DNA of 64,000 nucleotides from Aulosira sp. ZfuVER01 (GCA_034530615.2 JAVRCV020000019.1:71416-135415), one strand, 5' to 3'. Positions 21,800 through 32,201 are shown, counted from the first letter of the stretch. Numbers and translations: made by a program. The notes: a model not told the origin generated them from the letters alone.

Positions 21800-22174
21800 A
21801 TGCAAGTTACATACGACCCTGATAAGCGTAAATTGCTATCCTCTCTATCTCATGGGGCGATTTTCTTCAGTACGACATTGTTCTCAATTGGGGTTCCCAT
21901 TGTCATTAACTTAATTTCTGATGACCCAGTTGTGAAAAGCAATGCTAGAGAATCGATTAATTTTCACTTCAATGTTTGGTTCTGGGCAACTGTAATTGGA
22001 GTACCAATTGCGATTTTATCTTGGCTTACCTTTGGTTTGGGCGGAATTCTGTTCTTCCCTGTTGTGGCCTTTGGCTTTGCACTGCACTGGGGACTGACAA
22101 TTTGGGCGCTGTTTCACTGTCTCACTAACCCAGATCAACCATTCCGTTATCCATTTATTTTTAGAGTTTTTTAA
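21800..22174 (+). CDS. DUF4870 / Tic20-like membrane protein
   Basis: LSSLSH, NARESINFH, C-terminal FRYPFIFR pattern; GGAGGAG RBS. Confidence 0.82.
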   Translation: MQVTYDPDKRKLLSSLSHGAIFFSTTLFSIGVPIVINLISDDPVVKSNARESINFHFNVWFWATVIGVPIAILSWLTFGLGGILFFPVVAFGFALHWGLTIWALFHCLTNPDQPFRYPFIFRVF

Positions 22175-22206
22175 TTACACTGGCTACCGATAAAATATAT
22201 TTTTGC

Positions 22207-22238
22207 AAAAAGGGATTGAGGATATCATCCCTTTTTTT
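22207..22238. terminator. likely bidirectional intrinsic terminator
   Basis: AAAAAGGGAT-loop-ATCCCTTTTTTT hairpin between convergent genes. Confidence 0.65.
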
Positions 22239-22335
22239 ATGCATTATGCGATCGCTCTTTGCTGGATTGCAAAAGCTTATTCCTTAACTTTTCCAAAATC
22301 CAAAATAGTACTTAGATGCTCACCTTAGCCAGAAA

Positions 22336-22950
22336 TTAAGCTAATGGAATTTGAAGATTTTCTACTTTAATCAAAATTTTGAGTAACGCTGCTATCCCAA
22401 TTTGCACAGAAACAGCATTAGCATCCCATTTACCATCGCTTTTGTACTTACCTTTAGAGTAGAGATTAGTTCCTGACCATAGGTAAGGAGTCAGAACTTC
22501 TGGATGGTATTGCCTATGGCCAAAACCATTGTATCTCTCTAACTGCCAAAGCTGTGCTGCTAAGCTCCAATCTTTTACTTGATCGAATTCTTTAAGAGTT
22601 AAAGCATCTATCGCACTTTCCTCCCAAGTATATCCTGCTTCCCAGCCATTGATTGGCTTGGCAATCGGTCTGCCTGATGGGACGTTGATGGTGCGTTTTT
22701 TTAGTGAGTCGCCGTTGTGCAGATGTCTGGTGAACAACAAAGATGATTCCATGTTGTGGATAACTGCAATGAAGTACCAGGGCACATTTATTTTTTGTTG
22801 CAATCCTTGGTATCGAGGGCGATTTAAGCCGATTTGCGCAACTATCTCTTGAGTCTGATTCAAATTCTCGGGTTTGATTTCGCAGCTATTCCACAGTCTT
22901 TGATATTCTGGTTTGAGATCGCGAAGACGAAGTAATATTTCTGTGGCCAT
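22336..22950 (-). CDS. lysozyme-family protein (COG5526-like)
   Basis: VPWYFIAVIHNMES, LHNGD, WEESAIDAL, ERYNGFG, PYLWSGT motifs; start placed at ATG 22950. Confidence 0.75.
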   Translation of the reverse strand: MATEILLRLRDLKPEYQRLWNSCEIKPENLNQTQEIVAQIGLNRPRYQGLQQKINVPWYFIAVIHNMESSLLFTRHLHNGDSLKKRTINVPSGRPIAKPINGWEAGYTWEESAIDALTLKEFDQVKDWSLAAQLWQLERYNGFGHRQYHPEVLTPYLWSGTNLYSKGKYKSDGKWDANAVSVQIGIAALLKILIKVENLQIPLA

Positions 22951-23416
22951 GTCTGTAGGTACTAAGTAATAGCACTGGATTTTTTGTGCCACAAAGCTAA
23001 CTTATTTTCCTAAATTTAAAATTTATTGATACAAAAAATTAAATTTTTTTTTAGGGTTGAGTCGGTGGCTAATGTTACGATGTTTAAGAGCTTGGCTCAA
23101 CCTGAGAAATTGTAAATTTATTTATACAAGTAATTAGTTTTTTGACAATACTAGTCTTCAGCTATTACTTAGTTTTATAGCAATAGTTGATTTACATTAC
23201 GTAACTACTGAAATATTGTACTTAATAACATTCTTCTAATACACTATATAAGTGCTTTTTCTGCATTAAATATGTACTTATATATACTAAGATTGTATAT
23301 GATAAGTCAGAATTTTGACGAGAATTTGTATCCAAGGGTATGTTCTCAAACAGAATTAATCTACACAACCATGTTTGTACCTACCTAGTAAATAGATAAA
23401 TGGAGGCAACTACGGG

Positions 23417-24322
23417 ATGAAACTACAAGATTTCTTAGGAAAACAAGAAAAATGGAACTTTGAGGCGATTGGTCAAGACACAGAATTAACTCGTCAGATT
23501 CAGGTACTTTTAATTGGCTTGGGTTTATTAGATCCTCCAGCAGATGGAAAGTTTGGCCCAGTCTCAGCAGCAGCTTTGACAACATTTCAAGAATTAACTA
23601 AGTCTGGAGAAAGTGATTATTTAGGAGCAGTCACAGCCAAGAATTTAATTGAAACTAAACCAGAGGAACTACCAGAACCACCTTTAAAACTAAGCAATAG
23701 CATTGCCAGCAGAATTGTAAAATATTTGCAGGCAAAAAATTATCAGGTATTTACGGGAGCCAGACAATACAACATTGTTTATATAGAGGGAATGAATGAA
23801 GATTGGAGTCTCAATAGTGATACACCCAATCAATTTAATGACCGTCGAATTGTCATTGAAATAGTAGAAGGTGTTCCCAAAATTGTGAACCATTGGCAAG
23901 CTACCACAGAACCAGGCAGCTATTATACCTACAACCCGATGAATCCGGCAGGTGCTGCCAGAATTAAGTTTGGGCAATACAAATCTTGGGCAGTCGGCTA
24001 CCACGGGAATGCAGACCGCCACGAAGCCTTAATCCAAGTTGCGCCGATTACTGTTCACCGAGATTTCAACAAAGATTTTCAACGCACTGGCGATAAACTT
24101 GATACAGGCCTTTTCCAAGTTAATCAACACTGGGGTTATGATGCTCCAGTAAACGATATCAAGAATGCTAGTGCAGGTTGTTTAGTGGGGCGTAGACGAG
24201 ATGGACATCGAGAATTTATGGCGATTATTAAACAAGACCGACGCTATTTAGCTAATAAAGACTACGTCTTCTACACTACAGTTATTCCTGGGGATGACTT
24301 CTTAAAGACTGTCCCCGCTTGA
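23417..24322 (+). CDS. peptidoglycan-binding domain protein with uncharacterised C-terminal domain
   Basis: N-terminal DGKFGPVS..AL..FQ PG-binding motif; C-terminal ATTEPG, NQHWG, SAGC. Confidence 0.8.
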   Translation: MKLQDFLGKQEKWNFEAIGQDTELTRQIQVLLIGLGLLDPPADGKFGPVSAAALTTFQELTKSGESDYLGAVTAKNLIETKPEELPEPPLKLSNSIASRIVKYLQAKNYQVFTGARQYNIVYIEGMNEDWSLNSDTPNQFNDRRIVIEIVEGVPKIVNHWQATTEPGSYYTYNPMNPAGAARIKFGQYKSWAVGYHGNADRHEALIQVAPITVHRDFNKDFQRTGDKLDTGLFQVNQHWGYDAPVNDIKNASAGCLVGRRRDGHREFMAIIKQDRRYLANKDYVFYTTVIPGDDFLKTVPA

Positions 24323-24493
24323 AGTCTGGCATCTTAAAATTTTGCTTTAATTTAACTACCTGACGATTTTATAATATGTGCCCACCCTACCAAGTAAATC
24401 TGGTAAAGGTGGGCATTGCTTATTCAATAGATCCTCTTGACAAGAGTGCGATCGCATATCGAACTTAGATCGAGTAGTATGATCTATCGATCC

Positions 24494-25074
24494 ATGACTG
24501 CTGCTGTCTTGCTAGAAAACGTCTACAAGTTTTACGACAAACGCCCTGTCGTTAACGATCTATCATTCACAATTGAACCAGGAGAAATATTTGCTTTGCT
24601 TGGCCTTAACGGTGCAGGTAAATCAACCACAATTCGGATGCTGACTACGACGAACCGACCGTAGGACTAGACCCCCAAACCAGGCGACGGCTTTGGGAAA
24701 TTACTCGGGATTTGAATAAGCAAGGGATGACAATACTACCGACAACTCACTATATGGATGAGGTGGAGTATTTATGTGATCCTTTTGGTTCGCTCAAGCC
24801 TGGACGCATTGGAATTATGGATAGTGGTAAGTTAATTTCTTTAGGAACTTTGCAACAGTTGCGTTCTGCTCATGGTGAAGGTTTGGTGATGAAGCAGCTA
24901 GATGCTACTGAAGTGCAAGGTGATAGTGCTAGGCGCTGGGAATATCTATTTTTCCCCACTCTAGAAGCAGCTAATATTTATCTGGAACAACAGCCCTATA
25001 AAACCGGGATGATGGTGCGTCCCTCTAACTTAGAAGATATTTTTGTAGAACTAACGGGACGCCACCTAGATTAA
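24494..25074 (+). pseudogene. ABC transporter ATPase with internal deletion and frameshift
   Basis: Walker A (GLNGAGKST..RMLTT) is joined out of frame at ~24649 to DEPTVGLDPQTRRRLWE; Q-loop and signature missing. Confidence 0.9.
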
Positions 25075-25076
25075 CC

Positions 25077-25817
25077 TCATCCTCCTAAATCTCGCAGTAA
25101 TGCTTCTACTCTGGCGACGCCATCAAAGTCATTGCGTCGCTGGTATAAGTCACGCGCTTTATTTAGCACGTTGCTAGCTTGCTTAGCTTGCCGTCTTTGC
25201 TTATACATTGAACCCATTAACTCATAAGTTTGGGCATTATTGCGATCGAGGTTAATTGCTTGTTCGTATGCCCAATTAGCTGCTTCGTAGTCTCCCAAAC
25301 GAGCTTGAGTGACCGCTAATCCCAAATAAGCATTAACATTGTTGCGGTTTAGTTGAATAGAACGGCGGTAAGCGTCCTTTGCCCCGCCTGTGTCTCCCAT
25401 ATTACCTTTGATGTAGCCAACAGCGTAGAAGAAATCGCCGTTGTTGGGGTCGAGACCCAGCGCCCGACGATAAGCTGCTAGTGCTGCTTGAAAATTTCCT
25501 TGTTGAGCATATAAGTAGCCAATCCCCGAATGAATTTTCGCATTCTTAGGTTCTAGACTTGCTGCTTGTTGATAAACAGAGATTGCCCCAGTATAATCAC
25601 CAGCATTCACTAGCCTCCGCCCATCTTCTAGCATTTGCTTTACTTCTGGAGTCCTAGCTTGGGCAAACAAAACTTGAGCTTGAGCCGCTGGGGATATAGT
25701 GGCGGCGAAACTGCCTAATAACAAAATGCTTACTATAAATGAGATCCGTTTGTACACAGTAAATTTCCTGAGATTGTAAGGAGCTTTTTTCTTGTACATT
25801 AAAACAGAAATGTTCAT
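25077..25817 (-). CDS. tetratricopeptide repeat protein, probably exported
   Basis: Signal-like hydrophobic segment ending AAQA; several TPR units; true start probably downstream of 25817. Confidence 0.85.
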   Translation of the reverse strand: MNISVLMYKKKAPYNLRKFTVYKRISFIVSILLLGSFAATISPAAQAQVLFAQARTPEVKQMLEDGRRLVNAGDYTGAISVYQQAASLEPKNAKIHSGIGYLYAQQGNFQAALAAYRRALGLDPNNGDFFYAVGYIKGNMGDTGGAKDAYRRSIQLNRNNVNAYLGLAVTQARLGDYEAANWAYEQAINLDRNNAQTYELMGSMYKQRRQAKQASNVLNKARDLYQRRNDFDGVARVEALLRDLGG

Positions 25818-26352
25818 TTTTGAAAACTGTATTTATTCACTTTTATAAAATATTAATAATCTCTTATAAGTATTGTCAGTACTAGTGATAAAAAAACCGA
25901 GTTTTTACGGAAGTATCAACTAGGAAGTAGCTGAATTAACGTATATTCCACAGTATGGTGAAAACAAAACACTGTGTTGGCACATAATTGGGTTAAATTT
26001 ATACCTTATCTAGCAATCATATTTATGTGAGTTGTGAACTTACTGTAGGAAGCTGGCAATAGGCAATAGATTTTTTTCACAAATAATTGAGAATTGCTAT
26101 TCACGATCCCTGTATCCAATTTGTAAGAGCTTTTGTGCTTTAAATTCATCCTCATCTGGCAATCATCAGGATAAGATTGCTTTCAACTCCGAAATGTTCC
26201 CTTACTTCCTGCTCTCAACTCATGACTATAAATGATGTAAACACGTGTAAGCGCATAATCTTGGAAGACAGGCAATAGGCAGCAGATTGTTTCTTTAATG
26301 ATTTAGGATTGCTATAGTTAATCAACTGACAGATTATGTATGAGGCTAAATT

Positions 26353-26679
26353 ATGATTTTGACGACAACTGATGTAATTCAAGGAGCCGTTATTCAGTCA
26401 TATCTGGGCATTGTAACAGCGGAAGTCGTCTATGGCAGCAATTTCCTGCGGGATTTTTTGGCTAGTATTCGCGATATTGTCGGTGGACGTACTGGTAGCT
26501 ATGAACGACTATTCGAGGAAGGTCAACGCAAAGCATTACAAGAATTAGAGCAACGCGCACAGCGTTTAGGAGCGGATGCTGTAATTGGCATTGAAATTGA
26601 TACGGGTACAATCAATGTCGACCAGTCAGGAGTGCTATTACTGATTACTGCCACAGGAACTGCTGTGAAGATGCGTTAG
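26353..26679 (+). CDS. YbjQ (UPF0145) family protein
   Basis: MILTTT, RDIVGGR, LGADAVIG, ATGTAV motifs. Confidence 0.93.
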   Translation: MILTTTDVIQGAVIQSYLGIVTAEVVYGSNFLRDFLASIRDIVGGRTGSYERLFEEGQRKALQELEQRAQRLGADAVIGIEIDTGTINVDQSGVLLLITATGTAVKMR

Positions 26680-26851
26680 TTTTTTTATGCTGATAAATTC
26701 AGATACCGTTTTTGGCTCCGAATTAATAGTAAATTTTATAAACCAACTGTTATTTATTAAAAATTAAATAACTTTGGAGAATTAAGTAATTGAATTTCAC
26801 ATAATAAAATTAAATCATTTTGATAAACTACTAAGTATATTTAAAACTTAA

Positions 26852-26968
26852 TATAGGATTCATATTTGATTTTTGAAAAAAACTAAGTACACTTTTATTT
26901 CTTCTTTCCTGTTCCCTATTCCCTCCCTACGCAAATCCTTTTCAGGAATCAAAGCAGATTCCTATATT
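26852..26968. mobile_element. MITE-like inverted-repeat element
   Basis: Ends ATATAGGATTCATATTTGATTTTTGAA / TTCAGGAATCAAAGCAGATTCCTATAT are imperfect inverted repeats. Confidence 0.6.
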
Positions 26969-27193
26969 AATAACTCAGAAAATATGTAATAAATTGAAAT
27001 GAAATTTTTATATAAACATAATTCTAACTTGTTAGCACAAAACAATTAGCTAAAATTTATTACTACTAAAGATAGAGTATGTAACTCTTTCTGCTGATAG
27101 ATAGAAAAAATTATATTTAGCAATTTAATTTTAATCACAAGCAAAAATATACCTGGAAAAGCTTTGCTGAAGTAGTAAGGGAGAAAATAGTTT

Positions 27194-27829
27194 ATGTCAT
27201 ATGCAAATAGGGTAGGAGACCAAGTTATTCCTCCTGAGCCTGTGGTAGCGGGTCGAGTCGCTGAATATCATGACCTTGTGCGTTGGGGGCCAATCATTTC
27301 TGGGGTGTTGATTGCCTTAGTCACACAATTAATTTTAAGTGCATTGTTTGGTGCCATTGGTGCAGGCAATGTTGCAGGTTCAGGTGCACCAAGAACGATC
27401 GCACCAAATGTTGCTAGTAATGTAGGTCTTTGGTCAACGATCGCTTTGTTAATTTCCCTGTTTACTGGTGGTTGGGTAACAACTCGCGCTTGTGGCCCGA
27501 TGAATCGGAACACAGCATTACTTAACGGCGCAATTCTTTGGGCAACCACCCTAGCACTTAGCTCTTGGCTATTAGCAAGTGGAGTATCGGGTGCTTTCGG
27601 TGTAGCTGCTTCTAACGCAGCAGCAGTTCTGAATCAAGCACAACAACCGATTGGCAATGTGCAACAAAATATACCAAATGTATCTGCTCAACAAGCTCGT
27701 GATATTGCTGCCGCTACCTCTAGAGCCTTGTGGTGGTTTGTATTGGGTTCTTTGTTAGGTTTAGCCGCTTCATTAATAGGAGCTATTGCTGGTGTTCGCA
27801 AACCTAGAACTACTACTTACAATCCATAA
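27194..27829 (+). CDS. four-TM membrane protein of unknown function
   Basis: VRWGPIISG start of TM1, four hydrophobic helices, Gln-rich loop. Confidence 0.8.
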   Translation: MSYANRVGDQVIPPEPVVAGRVAEYHDLVRWGPIISGVLIALVTQLILSALFGAIGAGNVAGSGAPRTIAPNVASNVGLWSTIALLISLFTGGWVTTRACGPMNRNTALLNGAILWATTLALSSWLLASGVSGAFGVAASNAAAVLNQAQQPIGNVQQNIPNVSAQQARDIAAATSRALWWFVLGSLLGLAASLIGAIAGVRKPRTTTYNP

Positions 27830-28039
27830 AAACGTGTTTGAAAAAGCACACTCAATAAGACTTTTGTCGCACCTTTTTTAAGGTGTTTTTTAACATCTAA
27901 GCTTTGATTTGCCTATTGTTTTACCATCTCTTTGATTAACTGAATGATTATCAAGACTAGAGAATACATAATTATCCTATAGCCCCACCTATGGCACAAT
28001 AAAGAACGGTAATAAGAAAAATCTTGATAAGGTAATTTA

Positions 28040-29161
28040 GTGAGTCCTACTGCTCAAACCACAGCGAGTACGCGACGTGTGGTATTTCCGTTTACAGCAA
28101 TTGTTGGTCAGGAAGAAATGAAACTGGCTCTGCTGTTGAACGTGATTGACCCCAAAATTGGTGGTGTAATGATTATGGGCGATCGCGGCACCGGCAAATC
28201 CACAACTATCCGGGCCCTGGCCGACCTGCTGCCAGAAATCCCCGTGGTTGCCAATGACTCCTTCAACAGTGACCCCAAAGACCCCGATTTGATGAGTGAT
28301 GAAGTCCGCCAACTGTTAGAACAAGGGGGAGAAATCCCTGTTGTTCTTAAAAAAGTGCAGATGGTAGACCTGCCTTTAGGAGCCACAGAAGACCGAGTTT
28401 GCGGCACAATCGACATCGAAAAAGCTTTATCTGAAGGTGTAAAAGCCTTTGAACCGGGACTGTTGGCAAAAGCTAACCGGGGTATTCTTTACGTAGATGA
28501 AGTCAACTTACTAGATGACCACCTAGTAGACGTGTTGCTCGACTCCGCAGCCAGTGGTTGGAACACAGTAGAACGGGAAGGCATATCTATCCGTCACCCA
28601 GCACGTTTTGTACTTGTGGGTTCTGGGAACCCGGAAGAAGGTGAACTGCGTCCCCAACTTCTCGACCGCTTTGGGATGCACGCCGAAATCCACACGGTCA
28701 AAGAACCAGCCTTGCGGGTACAAATTGTAGAGCAAAGGGCAGAATTTGACCAAAATCCCCTAGCATTTGTTGATAAGTACCAACCCCAGCAAGAAGCACT
28801 ACAACAGCAAATTGTCAACGCGCAGAACTTGTTACCACAAGTTAGCAGCGATTACGATCTGCGGGTGAAAATTTCGGAAATTTGTTCGGAATTGGATGTG
28901 GATGGTTTGCGAGGTGACATTGTTACTAACCGCGCCGCCAAAGCCTTAACCGCCCTAGAAGGACGTACCGAAGTCACAATTGATGACATCCGCCGTGTAA
29001 TTACGCTATGTCTGCGTCACAGACTGCGGAAAGACCCCTTAGAATCAATTGATTCTGGTTACAAAGTAGAAAAAGCTTTTGCGCGAGTCTTTGGTGTAGA
29101 ACTACCGGATGATACTGCACAAAAAAACGGCACAGGTCAAAAGTTAGGAGCGAGGAGTTAA
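28040..29161 (+). CDS. chlI: magnesium chelatase ATPase subunit I
   Basis: [45 protein letters not shown]. Confidence 0.97.
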   Translation: MSPTAQTTASTRRVVFPFTAIVGQEEMKLALLLNVIDPKIGGVMIMGDRGTGKSTTIRALADLLPEIPVVANDSFNSDPKDPDLMSDEVRQLLEQGGEIPVVLKKVQMVDLPLGATEDRVCGTIDIEKALSEGVKAFEPGLLAKANRGILYVDEVNLLDDHLVDVLLDSAASGWNTVEREGISIRHPARFVLVGSGNPEEGELRPQLLDRFGMHAEIHTVKEPALRVQIVEQRAEFDQNPLAFVDKYQPQQEALQQQIVNAQNLLPQVSSDYDLRVKISEICSELDVDGLRGDIVTNRAAKALTALEGRTEVTIDDIRRVITLCLRHRLRKDPLESIDSGYKVEKAFARVFGVELPDDTAQKNGTGQKLGARS

Positions 29162-29257
29162 GCATTTTTAGTTATGAGTTATGAGTTCTACATCAAATTA
29201 GCTTCATAACTCCTAACTCCTCACTCTTAACTCAGCACTGAGAACTCAACACTTTTT

Positions 29258-29554
29258 ATGAGATTTTGGCACTTTTGGTTAAATAGTTTTATTGTATCTA
29301 GCCAATACAACCCGCCTCGGTTTGTAGAATTATTAATGTTAATGGTAGCGATCGCTATGTTAGGAATTGCTACCCTGTTACCAGATATGCCTTATATGGT
29401 ACTGGGCTTGAGCTTAGTAGTTGGGGCATCTCTTTCCATTTTAGTTAGAGAAGCGATCGCCCCCTCACCCCAAACGCGAATCACCCAACTCACCGCATTG
29501 ATATTACTCTTTATTAGCCTTTATGGTTTTGCAGATTTGCTGCAAACTCTTTAG
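29258..29554 (+). CDS. small membrane protein
   Basis: 98-aa ORF with three hydrophobic helices. Confidence 0.65.
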   Translation: MRFWHFWLNSFIVSSQYNPPRFVELLMLMVAIAMLGIATLLPDMPYMVLGLSLVVGASLSILVREAIAPSPQTRITQLTALILLFISLYGFADLLQTL

Positions 29555-29604
29555 TCAGTCAACAGTCAAAACCTAAAAATCTATTGACCATTGACCATTG
29601 ACTA

Positions 29605-30696
29605 TTAATTCCATCCTTGCATCTCCACTAGTTCCATAGACAATTCATTAATTTGTTCTAAGTCTGGTTTGTGGGGGAGGGTTGATTGTTCGTAAGCAGT
29701 TTCCATTTTGGCAACCAATTCCTCCGCCATTTTCATCACCTGGTCATAAGAATATGCACCTTGAAGAATAGCTCTCAAATCCTCTGCATCACCAGCTATT
29801 CTTCTATCAACAGTTATTTCTCCTTGTTGCAAAATTTCAAGTCCACTGCGTAACAGTCTAATGCAGTGCATCCCATGCTTCAGGTCGAAACCCGACTTTC
29901 TTTCCATTTCTGCTCTAGCGGGATTGCGATTTTCTTGCCATGATAAGTAAGCTTTCCATTCTCTTAAAGCTACTTGATAAGTTTGGCTTTTCTGAAGCAA
30001 GCGAATAAAGTCTTTGCGGCTATTAGTTAGCTTTTGTGTGTATTCCAGTGTTTCATCGGGTAAAGTGTACTGTTTTAGTACTCCCTTGAAATCAATATCG
30101 GCTGTCAGCAGTTGGTATAATTGTTCAGCTTCTTCTAGAAACTCAATCCGCCCTCTAATTAATAGATAAAGATATTCTAGGAAAGCATTTAGCTCATCTT
30201 TAATTAGCGGTAATTCATCTTCTATGCCAAAATCAGATGGTAGTGGTTTCTTTTGAGGTGGATTTAATAACCACTTGCGATGAGTTTCCATCTTTTTAAT
30301 TTGGGCAAAAGCATAACCGGAGTAAGTATGTTTTACTTTCTTAGTTAAAAATAGCCGTTTGTGGTTAATTAAATGCTGCCCAACTGAGGTGACTACAGGA
30401 TAGTTTTGTAACCACAGCAATTCTAAAACATTAGGATTAGCTCCAGCTAATAAATGCAGGATTTTTCTTAATTCGTAGATAACTGTATCTTTATTGTTAT
30501 CCAAGAAAGGAAATATTCCTGGTTCATCCCAGCCATTTTCTTTTTGTTCTATGCTATCAAATCCCAAGTAATATCTTTTAGGTGCAATAAATACACCCCG
30601 ATAATCAAAGTCAGAATCAGGACGATTTAAGCCATAGCCGTGACTACCTGCTAAACCCAGCAAAATTGTTCTTTGTTCAACTTCTATTCTTTTCAT
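29605..30696 (-). CDS. Pol-beta superfamily nucleotidyltransferase (YcgL/RlaP-like)
   Basis: GSHGYGL...SDFDYRGVF motif, ANPNVLELL, KHGMHCIRLL. Confidence 0.85.
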   Translation of the reverse strand: MKRIEVEQRTILLGLAGSHGYGLNRPDSDFDYRGVFIAPKRYYLGFDSIEQKENGWDEPGIFPFLDNNKDTVIYELRKILHLLAGANPNVLELLWLQNYPVVTSVGQHLINHKRLFLTKKVKHTYSGYAFAQIKKMETHRKWLLNPPQKKPLPSDFGIEDELPLIKDELNAFLEYLYLLIRGRIEFLEEAEQLYQLLTADIDFKGVLKQYTLPDETLEYTQKLTNSRKDFIRLLQKSQTYQVALREWKAYLSWQENRNPARAEMERKSGFDLKHGMHCIRLLRSGLEILQQGEITVDRRIAGDAEDLRAILQGAYSYDQVMKMAEELVAKMETAYEQSTLPHKPDLEQINELSMELVEMQGWN

Positions 30697-30996
30697 CTCA
30701 AGTAATTAAAATATAGCCATCCTAGCTCATGCGCGATCGCGCTGCTATATCTTTCTTGCACCTCAACTCAGTGGAGAATAGAGAAAGTCCGAGCAACGGG
30801 ATCTGCTGCTCAGACTTTTCGGTGCTGTTCTGTGTCTCATCTAACTACATCAGCACAAATCTCAATTTCGCTAAACAAGTCAAATTTTTTGAGAAAAATC
30901 CGATCATTTTTTGCTAACCTACACAGCGATCGCTCAAACAGCTTTGATAACAGGGCTTTTAAGCCAAAATCTAAAATCCAAAATTGCTAAGATGTC

Positions 30997-31026
30997 TTGA
31001 CTCTATCGCAGTTCATAAAATATGAT
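30997..31026 (+). promoter_or_regulatory. candidate sigma70-type promoter of rplU-rpmA
   Basis: TTGACT-N18-TATGAT about 130 bp upstream of rplU. Confidence 0.5.
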
Positions 31027-31159
31027 TTTAGATTGTCTGTCTAATCTAATTCCTGCTCGGATCAGGTAGACATACCGCAAAAGCTGGCAAAAGTGCTAAA
31101 CCGCTTCTCTATATGAGAAGCAAACCAGCTACCTGTACGGCAACCTCAAGGACAATTTC

Positions 31160-31543
31160 ATGACTTACGCAATTATTGAAACTGGCGGCAAACAACTAAA
31201 AGTTGAGGCTGGTCGCTTCTACGATATTGAGCTACTGACTGCCCAACCAGATGAGAAAGTTACAATAGACAAGGTCTTATTCATTCAGCACGATGGCGAA
31301 GTTAATATCGGACAGCCACTAGTGACAGGGGCAACTGTAGAAGGGACAGTTATGCGACATCTCAGAGGTCGTAAAGTCCTGGTATACAAAATGAAGCCGA
31401 AAAAGAAAACCCGCAAAAAGCGCGGACATCGCCAGGAAATCACTAGACTGATGATTAACTCTATTAACCTCAATGGTGCTGTGTTAGCAGCGGAAGCCGC
31501 AACAACCGCTGAAAGTTCCACAGAAGAAGCTGCTGCTGAATAA
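31160..31543 (+). CDS. rplU: 50S ribosomal protein L21
   Basis: [17 protein letters not shown] motifs. Confidence 0.98.
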   Translation: MTYAIIETGGKQLKVEAGRFYDIELLTAQPDEKVTIDKVLFIQHDGEVNIGQPLVTGATVEGTVMRHLRGRKVLVYKMKPKKKTRKKRGHRQEITRLMINSINLNGAVLAAEAATTAESSTEEAAAE

Positions 31544-31573
31544 TTAATAAAAGTTAGCTCACAAAAGGAAATT

Positions 31574-31855
31574 ATGGCTCATAAGAAAGGAACAGGTAGT
31601 ACACGTAACGGTCGTGACTCTAATGCTCAACGTCTAGGCGTAAAACGCTACGGCGGTCAAGTTGTCCGGGCGGGAAACATACTCGTGCGCCAACGCGGTA
31701 CGAAATTTCACCCAGGTAACAATGTTGGCATTGGTAGTGATGATACTTTATTTGCCTTAATTGATGGCATTGTCACTTTTGAAAGAAAGGGCAAAACCCG
31801 TAAGAAAGTTAGTGTTTACTCACCAGCTGCGGCTGCTGAGTCAGCTGCTAGCTAG
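31574..31855 (+). CDS. rpmA: 50S ribosomal protein L27
   Basis: [26 protein letters not shown]. Confidence 0.98.
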   Translation: MAHKKGTGSTRNGRDSNAQRLGVKRYGGQVVRAGNILVRQRGTKFHPGNNVGIGSDDTLFALIDGIVTFERKGKTRKKVSVYSPAAAAESAAS

Positions 31856-31929
31856 AAAAATAGGGTGGGCATTGCCTACCCTAAATAGGTAAGTTCGTAG
31901 TCAATTAGCGCGTCCCGATTGGAATTCCC

Positions 31930-32171
31930 GTAAGGGTTTAGCAATGCTCACACGTGTCAACTTAAACTAAAAATAGCCTCTCTCGTAGCTTTGTCGCCCG
32001 CCTGAGAATGAATTCTCAGACTGATAGCCCAAGTCTACTTCAGTAGACTCAAGATTTTGAGGATATTTAGTTATCTTCAGATAAATTTTGCTATTAGCAA
32101 GGAACTGAAGTTCCTTGCGGTAACAAGGTTTCGCATTAAGTTGACACCAATGAGAAATGCTAAACCCCTAC
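31930..32171. mobile_element. nested MITE in GTA(A/G)GGGTTT-AGCAATGCT-AAACCCCTAC palindrome
   Basis: TIRs CACACGTGTCAACTTAA (31949-31965) / TTAAGTTGACACCAATG (32136-32152); 9-bp duplication AGCAATGCT/AGAAATGCT; multi-hairpin cargo. Confidence 0.85.
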
Positions 32172-32201
32172 ATTATTGGGGTAATACTCAGCAATTGGGA
32201 A

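Noticed and set aside
22336..24322. Prophage lysis cassette
   Set aside because: No holin, integrase or structural phage genes nearby.
25990..26320. TAGCAATC/GATTGCTA-ended MITE remnants upstream of the YbjQ gene
   Set aside because: Partial ends are visible but too degenerate to set boundaries.
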